Positions 48,960 through 57,964 of a stretch of DNA of 64,000 nucleotides are shown here, piece by piece. A program made the translations under genes and the position numbers. The notes beneath the pieces were generated by a model. It was given only the letters and a program-made list of their open reading frames with translations, made no database searches and was not told where the DNA came from. The first letter of the stretch is position 1. Each line of letters starts with the position of its first letter. The stretch is from Giardia intestinalis (Eukaryota): the NCBI GenBank assembly GCA_000002435.2, contig CM018792.1. One strand, given 5' to 3'.

Positions 48960-49463
48960 CTATTCTAGAAGGTCTGATGTGGAGTTTATTGTGGTCCCGT
49001 AGACAAAGAGTGGGATGTTAGGCAGTCTACTCAACAGCCTGCCCCTGTGTGTCTCCGGGGTGGACCACGAGTAAACTGGTGGGCTGCAGATGCCCCTGCG
49101 GTAGTCCCTTTGCTGTTTGTACTCCCGTAGCTTGGTGCGCGCGTGGTGGCTAATTTGCTCATCTAGCTCTTGCATTGTCCTTTGCCTCTCACGCGTCTCA
49201 AGGTGCAGCGCTTGGCACATGGCGTCTCTATTCAACGCGGTGACACGGTGGAAGAAGCAGCTCTCCTGAGGGCGTGTATGTACACTGATCTGTTCCATGA
49301 GATCGCGCGCAGTTTGCATTCGCAGGAGATTTTGCTTCTCCCGCTCTAGCAGGAGCTCAGTATCGTAGACTGCAGGATGCAGTGCTTCTGGCCCCACTGG
49401 GTGATGAATGGTGCACTTCAGAAGGCCGGCCTCAGCCAGAGGGTCGTCGCACTGAGGCGCCAT
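48960..49463 (-). CDS. Hypothetical protein
   Basis: 167-aa ORF with a verified ATG. No motifs were recognised. Confidence 0.35.
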   Translation of the reverse strand: MAPQCDDPLAEAGLLKCTIHHPVGPEALHPAVYDTELLLEREKQNLLRMQTARDLMEQISVHTRPQESCFFHRVTALNRDAMCQALHLETRERQRTMQELDEQISHHARTKLREYKQQRDYRRGICSPPVYSWSTPETHRGRLLSRLPNIPLFVYGTTINSTSDLLE

Positions 49464-49551
49464 CTTCGCTAATCTACAGTTTACTTTTTATAGGTTCTAT
49501 AGATCCTTGATATAACATGGCAAAGAGTATGAACATGGGAATTCTACAGGG

Positions 49552-50934
49552 CTACTTTTCTAGAGCTGGCCTTATGGCAATCGTATAAAGCGCAGACGAA
49601 AAACCACTAACAGAATAAAACACCCCGAGGATGATCAGGATGAGACTTAACGCTAGACGGTACTTTGGCCCTCCTTGGCGCTTAGAAATGGTGTATCCAA
49701 AGAAGCCAGGGATAATGTAGACCATCGGGGACCCGCAAAGAGAAGCAGTAAAGGAAAGGATGTGGTCGATGTCAGACACAAAGGTAGCGATAATGGCGGG
49801 CACAAAGACATTTATAAGGGCAAACATAAGGGACCACTTGAAAGGAACCTTCTGCCCGGGCTTCCATATGAGGGATTGGAAGGCCTTGTTGACCCCGAAG
49901 CTGACTAGAGGATAGGAAAACAGCATGACGAGTATCATCGCTGTGTTTGCAATCTGGAAGTAAACAGACGCCCCTGAGAGCTGAGAGACGTTTCTGAGGA
50001 TGTCCGACGCCACAGTATCTGTAAACGCAAAGTAGCCAAAGAGAGCCATTGCGGAGTTGAAAAGAATCGTAACAGCCATGGTTATCAATATTGTGATGTT
50101 CATGCGGCGAATAGAACGATCCTTAAGCTCGCGGTATATATTCATGCTGTTGTAATGGCCGCAGAACGCGGTCGTGAATAGCGGAAAGGCTGTGAAAGCG
50201 TCTATGGAAAAGTTTAGGGCTTGGGGAGGACCGCTGGACAGTATTTTACCGGGAACATACGTGACAAGCAAATAGAAGCCTGCCACGACGCAGATCACAT
50301 AAAAGATACTGGCAAGGGCAACCAGAGATGTAAAGTTGAGAAAGTCTATCCGGGGCAGGAGGCAAAGGGGCAGAATGATAAAGGTCATGATCCCCCACAG
50401 GAGGCTCTTCTTTTTATAGTCGTTTTCGGAGGTAGGCTCAGACCACCAGAACATGTTATCTCTCAGCACTATGCAATAGGATGCTATTGACCCGAACGTG
50501 TAAATTATTACGATGATGCCTATGAAGAGAGAGAACTTCTGGCCATAAAGTTTGAGCGCTATGTCCCGATACTGGAAGAAGCCAGTGTACTCACTGGCCA
50601 CGGTCAGCAAATTAAACGCATAGCCAGACGAGAGCCCGACCAATAAAAGACAGAACATGCCCAGAACCCAGCCGCAGTTGTAGAGGTTGAACGGCAGCGT
50701 CATTATCCCACACCCAATGATGGTGTTGGAAAGATTGAACGAGCTAGAGAGGACGGTCGCAGACCCGTCGTGGACAACAGGCTTGGACTCCTGGTCATCC
50801 TGCACCGCTGATGCCACCAGTGGTATGGATTCATTGCTAGACTCTGGCTGGCTGGGCCCTCCGGGTAACATCTCCTTTTCGTTTTTTGGCACAACAGGAA
50901 TTATTTGACCAACCGCAAACAAGTGCACCGGCAT
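49552..50934 (-). CDS. Amino-acid transporter of the AAAP / Aa_trans family (SLC36/SLC38-like), with about 11 TM helices
   Basis: An N-terminal signature 'SSFNLSNTIIGCGIMTLPFNLYNCGWVLG' is followed by many hydrophobic helices. The track start is a TTG at 50955 and the first ATG is at 50932-50934. Confidence 0.6.
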   Translation of the reverse strand: MPVHLFAVGQIIPVVPKNEKEMLPGGPSQPESSNESIPLVASAVQDDQESKPVVHDGSATVLSSSFNLSNTIIGCGIMTLPFNLYNCGWVLGMFCLLLVGLSSGYAFNLLTVASEYTGFFQYRDIALKLYGQKFSLFIGIIVIIYTFGSIASYCIVLRDNMFWWSEPTSENDYKKKSLLWGIMTFIILPLCLLPRIDFLNFTSLVALASIFYVICVVAGFYLLVTYVPGKILSSGPPQALNFSIDAFTAFPLFTTAFCGHYNSMNIYRELKDRSIRRMNITILITMAVTILFNSAMALFGYFAFTDTVASDILRNVSQLSGASVYFQIANTAMILVMLFSYPLVSFGVNKAFQSLIWKPGQKVPFKWSLMFALINVFVPAIIATFVSDIDHILSFTASLCGSPMVYIIPGFFGYTISKRQGGPKYRLALSLILIILGVFYSVSGFSSALYTIAIRPALEK

Positions 50935-51193
50935 ATAGACAATGTAGTCGAGCAATAATGCCGGCTTGCTAAATAGTTGTGTTCTAGATGTGACTATTTG
51001 CGTCGTTGGATCCTTCTCTGACCTTGATCAAAGGTGAGTGGGGCCGCCTTTCTTAGTGAAAGTAAAATGTTGTGCCACATATCTTTCGCAGATCTGTACC
51101 TCCATCACTAATGCACCCAATCATGATGCAACCCTAGTATACTAACAAAATATCCGCCTACTGGTCCATTAATTTTATAGTTCCGTGAGACCA

Positions 51194-53638
51194 ATGGCTA
51201 TTCTGTTACCAGCACCTCCAACGACGCCACTAACAGAGGCAGATGAGCACGGACGTACTACTCTCATGAGGGCAATTATAAGTAATGACAGGAACGCCAT
51301 CTTATCCCATGCCCCCTTTGAATGGGGGTGGGCAGATGTCGATGGCTACACCGCATTGATGCATGCTGTTCAGGCTGATAACATAGAAGCAGTTAAGTTG
51401 CTTACTGACTTCGAGTATCCCTTTACTCTTCCCGACACCCGTACGGCCCTCATGCTGGCAATTAAACATAGACGGTATAGACTGGTTCCTCTAATGACGG
51501 AGCGCTTGAGCAGGCTAACCAACAGGCATGGGTATAACGCCCTGATGTATGCCGTTACTTTGGGGGACCTCGAAATGATCAGAGTTCTTATAGCTAGCTG
51601 GCCAAGCTCATGCATGGAGGATTTGCTCGCTGCCAACGATGTTGTTGACCTGGGACCAGTCGATGCCAGAGACGCTATTTCCGAACTACTGAAAATATCA
51701 ATCGAGAGGCTGCCAGACGTGGCCCGGTTTAGCAGACGGGTGCTGTGCATGGGCGTTATTCCGAAGAAAGCCATACCCAACCATGCTAATGGTGTTTACC
51801 CTATAGACATTCACTTTCACGAGGAAAACGCCTCATGGCGTGAGACAGAGGCTCAGCTGTGTGAGACGATCAAGCTACTGCACACTAAGATAGAGGGGTT
51901 AGAGTCCAATCAGTTAAAAGGAATCTCTAAGTGTGTCTCTAGGCACGTCAGTGTAACGCAGGAGCACAAAAGCATATGCCTACAAACACCTTTTGATTGG
52001 GGCAGCCAATCATGGACGCTAGCCAAACTCTTATCTAAACTTGATAGCAAGCAAAGAAAAATAGCAATACTCGAGGAGGAGCTTCAAATCCTTCAAGGCA
52101 AAGATACAATGGATAACCCTGGCCACTCTTTCTTCAAGGAGGCCAGTGATCTGAGGATCAAGGAGCGAACTCTGAAGGAGAGGATTGCTATATTGGAGCG
52201 AGCCATGGATGAACATATTGGTATTATAAATGGCATACTGGGCACAAGCTGCCAATCGCTAATGGAGGTAGAGAGCAGTGTAAAGTCGATGGCTCGGACG
52301 GAAGTGCAAATGCAAGATACAGCAGTTCCTACGTGCTCCAGTCTTGAAAATGTGAATACCCGTATCTGTAGCCCGATGACTGTGATCCAGGAGGTAAACG
52401 TTGTGGCTACTGGCTGTGATAAGGGCACCGACCCAGAGACAAGCACAGTAGATGCCTATGCGCAAGCTGCAGCGGATGAGAACTCTATGTCTGACATCGC
52501 TTCTTTCCGGCAGCAACTAAATGAAAAAGAGGCCCTTCTTGACAAAATATGTTCAGTAGTAAAGATTGAGGAGGGTCATGCAGATGGACAAGTAATAGTG
52601 TCGGCTATAGACAGAATCCTAAAGCAAAACGCCTCTTTACAGAGCGATTTAAAGTCAGCCTCAGAAAAGCTGCTAGGACATTGTACAAAGTCGGCTCTAT
52701 TACACAACTTACTAAAAGACACTGGGGTAGACTCAATTGAGGCACTCGCAACTTACATTTCCACCACAAAACAGGAGTTGGCGCAGTACAGGTTCCGTGT
52801 CGGCAACGTTACTTCATCTGATTCCATGCAAACTGCCGGGAGTATTGGTCATGATGTCTGCAATAACGAGAAGTCTAATGATAAGCAAGCTTCTTGCCAG
52901 TATTTTAACAGTGGTGGTGTGGATCCAGCACAAGTGTCAGCCCTTTTACGGCAACTATCATCATATACGCAAAGACCTTGCACAACTGTTACGGATGCCA
53001 TGCACTTAATCCACGAATATTGTGTTCGAGCAGCATCAGAGAGTATTGCTCTACAGAAAACGAGAGATGATGTGGAAAGGGAGCATTCCATAGCAAGGAG
53101 TGCCCGTGCAGCTTTGGCAGACCAAGAGGCAGCATATAATGCGCTTATCAATAAGCACACTGTTCTACTTAATGATGCTCAGCATCTTGCAATGAAATAC
53201 AACGATTTGGGAAAGAAGTACAATGACTTATACGCAGCACATGAACAATTACAAAGGATTCTTGCAGCAACAAGGCAGCGAGCAATACAGCATCAATCTC
53301 CCAAAAGCGTTAGGTTTGCTGATACAGTTGGCCCTGTCGAAAAGGCTGAGCACGAGAATAATGACAGACTTAATGGTGACCAGCTTCAAATTCCAATAAC
53401 TGTAGCCGACGCAGCATGCACCCAGATCACATATGAAGTGTCTGCTGATAGGGCTGGCCATATACGGAGAGCCATGAGTGTAGACGACGCTAAAAAGTTC
53501 ATCAATCAACAAATTACTAAGCAGAAAACGCGGAGTCAAAGTACAACAAGCAATTCGCCCCTCTACCCTGCGTGGAACTGCTGCACATCAGCGGACATAT
53601 CAAAGTGGCTTCGCAGACCACTCTTCGTTCAATATTAA
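51194..53638 (+). CDS. Ankyrin-repeat plus coiled-coil protein of the 21.1 type
   Basis: The track start is a GTG at 51185 and the first ATG is at 51194. N-terminal ankyrin repeats are present ('TTLMRAIISND', 'DGYTALMHAVQADNIEAVKLL', 'TRTALMLAIKH', 'GYNALMYAVTLGDLEMIRVL'). A long coiled-coil tail follows. Confidence 0.65.
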   Translation: MAILLPAPPTTPLTEADEHGRTTLMRAIISNDRNAILSHAPFEWGWADVDGYTALMHAVQADNIEAVKLLTDFEYPFTLPDTRTALMLAIKHRRYRLVPLMTERLSRLTNRHGYNALMYAVTLGDLEMIRVLIASWPSSCMEDLLAANDVVDLGPVDARDAISELLKISIERLPDVARFSRRVLCMGVIPKKAIPNHANGVYPIDIHFHEENASWRETEAQLCETIKLLHTKIEGLESNQLKGISKCVSRHVSVTQEHKSICLQTPFDWGSQSWTLAKLLSKLDSKQRKIAILEEELQILQGKDTMDNPGHSFFKEASDLRIKERTLKERIAILERAMDEHIGIINGILGTSCQSLMEVESSVKSMARTEVQMQDTAVPTCSSLENVNTRICSPMTVIQEVNVVATGCDKGTDPETSTVDAYAQAAADENSMSDIASFRQQLNEKEALLDKICSVVKIEEGHADGQVIVSAIDRILKQNASLQSDLKSASEKLLGHCTKSALLHNLLKDTGVDSIEALATYISTTKQELAQYRFRVGNVTSSDSMQTAGSIGHDVCNNEKSNDKQASCQYFNSGGVDPAQVSALLRQLSSYTQRPCTTVTDAMHLIHEYCVRAASESIALQKTRDDVEREHSIARSARAALADQEAAYNALINKHTVLLNDAQHLAMKYNDLGKKYNDLYAAHEQLQRILAATRQRAIQHQSPKSVRFADTVGPVEKAEHENNDRLNGDQLQIPITVADAACTQITYEVSADRAGHIRRAMSVDDAKKFINQQITKQKTRSQSTTSNSPLYPAWNCCTSADISKWLRRPLFVQY

Positions 53639-53676
53639 AATTCTGAGATTTACTACCACCCTTTGTTTGTCACTCC

Positions 53677-56600
53677 ATGGAGGCCAGAACGAATGCGGAG
53701 TGGTTTAGGATGATTGAGACCGGCAACACTGATTCAATATTAGCGTCTGTGGATAAGTTCAAAGGCTTTGCAGATGCCAATGGCGAAACGGCTCTGATGA
53801 AGGCTGTGCGCAGGCGGGACACAGCTATAGTGAAAATTCTCGCTTCTCATGAACACTCCTGGGCAAATCCAGAGGGATACACGGCCCTAATGCTAGCAGC
53901 CCTTAACGATGCAGAGGACCTATGCAAGATCCTTCTATCATACGAGAGCGCATATACTTTGGCAGACGGGACTACTGCATTGATGCTTGCAGCTGTCAAT
54001 GGGTCTCTCAATGCCCTTGAGCTTCTTTTGCCTTATCTCGCTGACTGCCGCGACCACCAGCACCAAACTGCCTTGACACGCGCTGTAGAGGCACACCAGA
54101 TAAAGGCTGTGCGGCTCATTCTAAGGGGCTGGGTGCACATGGTCAGAGCTGACGTGGATGAGGCACTTGCTGCAGCTCGGCGTTACGATATGTCAGACAT
54201 GTGTCAACTCATTGAGCCCTATATTGGATCAACGCCGCCGGTGCACTCCTCTACCTATTCGGATCCGTCGCCGGGGAAGCTGGCCCGAAGGACTGCATCT
54301 ACGCCATCCTCTACAGAAAAGCTTACATCAGCTTCTTTCAATAGCACAGTTAGCGGTAGTATCACAAAACCGTTTAGGCAAAAGGATCCCGGCGTTGTAG
54401 AGCTTGAGCGCAAGGCTGCCATACTAGATGAGGTCACCGGCTTTATTAATTCGCAAACGAAGCTCTCCAGCCTCACAGCTGCAGATATAACCGATTATCT
54501 CACCACAGTTTTCTCACGGAATTACATATTGACTGCAGAGAAAACTCAACTTCAGGCCGAATTGGATAAAGCGCAACGGATTATCCAAAGTCAGGCTCTC
54601 GACTTGAAGTCTAGTAGCGCTAGGGGGTCTTCGGTTCCAGGCATCTCAATGATCGGGGATGCAAACGAGGTGTACACCCGTACGCTCTCTGACACACAGG
54701 CAGAGCTTGCCCGTTGTCTAGTTGAACTGGAGGAAAAGCGCAGTATGATGGAGATTGCGAAAACAGAAGAGGACAAACTTGTTCTTTATATTAACTCGAA
54801 ACTTGGCACTAGGGCATCTTCGCTAGATGATTTGAAGTATGTCTTGGGGAACTTCTTCGACCAATCTGATGCGCTGCGGGAAGAAAATGCATCTCTTCAC
54901 GCAGAGCTGAAAAGTCTTCGAACTAATCAGATAGGAGAGCCACGACACTCACTGGGCTCCATCTCGAGGGACACTATAGAGCTGAAGTCCAAGCTTCTAG
55001 CAAAGGAAACTGAACTAGAGATTTTGCGGAAGAGCGTATCAGATATGCGTGCAGCGCATGCCGAGCTCATCACAGACCACGATATTCTTCGAACAGAGAT
55101 GGACCACATTAAGGACAAACAGACGGCATTTTTGTCTGAGATAGAAGAAACTCTCTCAGTCCCCTGCAAGGGATATAACGACGTACTGGCGGCTATTCGT
55201 GCCACTGATACGTTTGCTAAATCTGCACTGCCATCGATGGTAAGAGATCTGGAGGCCACAAAAGACGACAATAAATTATTACGTCTGAAAGTGGAGCGAC
55301 TGACTTCTGATCAGCAACTTGCAGCTAAGTACACCGCTGAACTTTTGGCAACGCTTAGCGCCTACCAAAAGCATCCTGTGCTGCTTTCAGACGCTAACAG
55401 TGTATTAACGCAACTAATAGCCTCCACTACAGTCTCATCTGTTCCGCACCATACGGACAGGGCTCCTCTGGAGTCGTCTCCTTTGCCACCTTCTTCAGCA
55501 GCTGCTCAAGTTTCTACTAAAAGACAATCTCTTAGTACTCTGCTAGAACTGTCTGCGGTTACTGAAGAGCAGAACAAGAACGTCCTGGATAACAAGCAAG
55601 ATGAGTTGGAATCTCTAAGAAACCTACAGACATGCACGGCTCAGAGGGCAGACAGATTGGAACAAGAGCTCAGTGATGCACGCAAACAGCTGGCCGAGTT
55701 GCAAGAATCTCTTGAGTCCCGCTCCACGGACCTTTTGCTAAAGGCAAAGCTCTACGATGAAGCTGCATCTGCAGTTATAGATGTAACTGATGCAAAGGCA
55801 GGAGTGGAGAACGTTGTAATGTCCCACATCTTTGCAGTGCGTGAAGAAAATAAGAGACTCCGAGCAGATCTTGTTCTTGCACGTGAACGGGTGAGCGAAA
55901 AGCGGCTAGCTGATGTTCTCAGCACTACTGATACAACCGGACAAATAGACTACCTCTATAAAGAGATGACGGAGTACCAACGCAAGCTAAGGATTCTTAC
56001 CGATAACACCAATAGAATTTTCGATGCCATAGAAAGTGGGTTGGGACAGCGCTACCATGACGTTGATGAAGTAACTACTGGCCTTACGCGGCACTTTGCA
56101 CGCGTGCGGTGCCTCAGTGAGCAGTTGGCGCTTCTAAAGGGACAGGAGAGCCAACTGAATGCAAAAGCATCTAATTCATTAGGGACTCATGAGCCCTCCC
56201 AATATAAGGAGGTTTACATTACTGCTACTGATAACGATATACGGAAGCGCAATGAGGCAATCGTTAAGCTAACAGAGGAGAATGGCAATCTTCGTAAAGA
56301 ATTAGAAAAGCTGCGTCCATATGAGCGATTTTACACCGAAAGAAAGTGCGAGCAGTGTGTCATAAATGCAGAGACCATCCAGAAGCTTACTACACGTTTA
56401 GCTGCTGCAGACAAGAGCGTTGCACAGCTCAATCACCTTGTCTCCGAAAAAGAGCAAGAAATACAAAGGCTAAAGGGTGAAGTAGCAGAGCATATTGCTC
56501 GGCAAACGGAGCTGATCGCCAGCCAGTCTAAGATTTGCATGGCAAAGACCGCGTCGAAAAGTGATTCTGCGCGTCCCGGAAGTGCCTTCTCTGGGCGGTC

Positions 56601-57012
56601 TAAGAGGGCATCCTCTGCCACTGTCTTCGTGCCTGCACGTTCATCGGTGGCTACTACGCGGCCGATGCCCACTCCACTGGCAAACATTGCAACCATGGCC
56701 GCCAAGGCGCAAGCTGGAGGACTGCGAGCCCTCATCCAGGCCAACCCGGGAGCAGATCTATCTAAGTACGGCACCATTCCACATGAGGCTGATCAACTCC
56801 TTGCCGCCGTCGGAGAGGTTGTCAATCAATTGAAGCAGGCCAAGTCTGATGATCGCACGTTACTTAAGGACTGGGCAAAGCTATCAGAAAAGATTGCCAC
56901 GCTGCTTGCTAAGCTATTCAAGGCGACTACTGATCCACAGATAGTCCACAAAGAGCTAGAGGACTGCAAGCACTCGCGGGACGCTTTAAAGCAGAGACTG
57001 GCTAAAGCATAA
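53677..57012 (+). CDS. Ankyrin-repeat plus long coiled-coil protein of the 21.1 type
   Basis: The ATG was verified. Ankyrin repeats are present ('GETALMKAVRRRDTAIVKIL', 'GYTALMLAALNDAEDLCKIL', 'GTTALMLAAVNGSLNALELL'). About 800 aa of coiled coil follow. Confidence 0.65.
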   Translation: MEARTNAEWFRMIETGNTDSILASVDKFKGFADANGETALMKAVRRRDTAIVKILASHEHSWANPEGYTALMLAALNDAEDLCKILLSYESAYTLADGTTALMLAAVNGSLNALELLLPYLADCRDHQHQTALTRAVEAHQIKAVRLILRGWVHMVRADVDEALAAARRYDMSDMCQLIEPYIGSTPPVHSSTYSDPSPGKLARRTASTPSSTEKLTSASFNSTVSGSITKPFRQKDPGVVELERKAAILDEVTGFINSQTKLSSLTAADITDYLTTVFSRNYILTAEKTQLQAELDKAQRIIQSQALDLKSSSARGSSVPGISMIGDANEVYTRTLSDTQAELARCLVELEEKRSMMEIAKTEEDKLVLYINSKLGTRASSLDDLKYVLGNFFDQSDALREENASLHAELKSLRTNQIGEPRHSLGSISRDTIELKSKLLAKETELEILRKSVSDMRAAHAELITDHDILRTEMDHIKDKQTAFLSEIEETLSVPCKGYNDVLAAIRATDTFAKSALPSMVRDLEATKDDNKLLRLKVERLTSDQQLAAKYTAELLATLSAYQKHPVLLSDANSVLTQLIASTTVSSVPHHTDRAPLESSPLPPSSAAAQVSTKRQSLSTLLELSAVTEEQNKNVLDNKQDELESLRNLQTCTAQRADRLEQELSDARKQLAELQESLESRSTDLLLKAKLYDEAASAVIDVTDAKAGVENVVMSHIFAVREENKRLRADLVLARERVSEKRLADVLSTTDTTGQIDYLYKEMTEYQRKLRILTDNTNRIFDAIESGLGQRYHDVDEVTTGLTRHFARVRCLSEQLALLKGQESQLNAKASNSLGTHEPSQYKEVYITATDNDIRKRNEAIVKLTEENGNLRKELEKLRPYERFYTERKCEQCVINAETIQKLTTRLAAADKSVAQLNHLVSEKEQEIQRLKGEVAEHIARQTELIASQSKICMAKTASKSDSARPGSAFSGRSKRASSATVFVPARSSVATTRPMPTPLANIATMAAKAQAGGLRALIQANPGADLSKYGTIPHEADQLLAAVGEVVNQLKQAKSDDRTLLKDWAKLSEKIATLLAKLFKATTDPQIVHKELEDCKHSRDALKQRLAKA

Positions 57013-57013
57013 C

Positions 57014-57964
57014 CTATTTACTGAGCGTGTAAAGCAGACGGATAGCTTCGTCGGCCACCTTGGCGGTCTCTTTTTCTTTCACGGTCTTTCGGAGCTCGTC
57101 GCGAACAACCTTTTCAGCCCTTGCTCTGCTCTCTGCATTTTCAATGGCCGTCTTTCTGGCCATGTTCTTTGTTGCCTCGGCAGCTAGAAAGGCGTTCTTA
57201 TGATAGGTTTGGTCAGGGTCATTACTTGGGTTGTTTTCGTCTGATAGAGAGTCACTTAGTACCTGGAAGCCCGGTATTCTCGCTGTACTTTTATTCCTAT
57301 TAGCTAACAGTGGGATGTAATTGTCCTTTGTCACTTCTACAATAGCATACGGTTTATCCTCCTTCGGCTTACTATGCTGATCCTTTTCTAAGGCTATTCT
57401 TCTCTCTAGCTCTCTCGCTCGTGCAATCAGGACCGCCTGGCGCGCACGTATATCTTCTACCTGCCTTGTTTGCAGACGGGTTTTCTCTTTGCGCTCTAAT
57501 ATCTCTGTATCTATTTGCTTCTGAGCTTGCAGTAGCTGCAGAGCACTGTTCCCACGGTCCAGGGCAGACCGCCGACGTTCGTATGTATCCTTCGTTCGTA
57601 ATCTCGCCATACTATGTGCGCGTGCTCGCACCCCAGCAGCCTCTTGGTTTGCATCTGCCGTTCGGAGAAGCTCTTCAATCTCCCGAAGCTCTTGTTGAAT
57701 GCGCTTTTTCTGTTCATACAGGCTTAATTCCTGTATGAATTGGGTCTGCTGTTGTCGGTTCTGAGCCGAGGCCGCCTTAAACCTGCTAAGCATCTCCTTG
57801 GCCCGCTCTTGCTCTACTCGTCTGAGCTCGATGATCCGCCGCTTTCTTGCCTCCTCAATGTGTTTTGTGCGCTCCTGCACTTCGTCTTCAACAGACAAAG
57901 CAGTGAATACAGGCATGCGGCCCCTTGATTTTTTGGACACTTTCAAAAAGGTTGTATTACTCAT
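57014..57964 (-). CDS. Highly charged coiled-coil protein, hypothetical
   Basis: The track start is a TTG at 57985. In-frame ATGs lie at 57962-57964 and 57914-57916. The sequence is rich in R, E, K and Q and helical. Confidence 0.45.
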   Translation of the reverse strand: MSNTTFLKVSKKSRGRMPVFTALSVEDEVQERTKHIEEARKRRIIELRRVEQERAKEMLSRFKAASAQNRQQQTQFIQELSLYEQKKRIQQELREIEELLRTADANQEAAGVRARAHSMARLRTKDTYERRRSALDRGNSALQLLQAQKQIDTEILERKEKTRLQTRQVEDIRARQAVLIARARELERRIALEKDQHSKPKEDKPYAIVEVTKDNYIPLLANRNKSTARIPGFQVLSDSLSDENNPSNDPDQTYHKNAFLAAEATKNMARKTAIENAESRARAEKVVRDELRKTVKEKETAKVADEAIRLLYTLSK

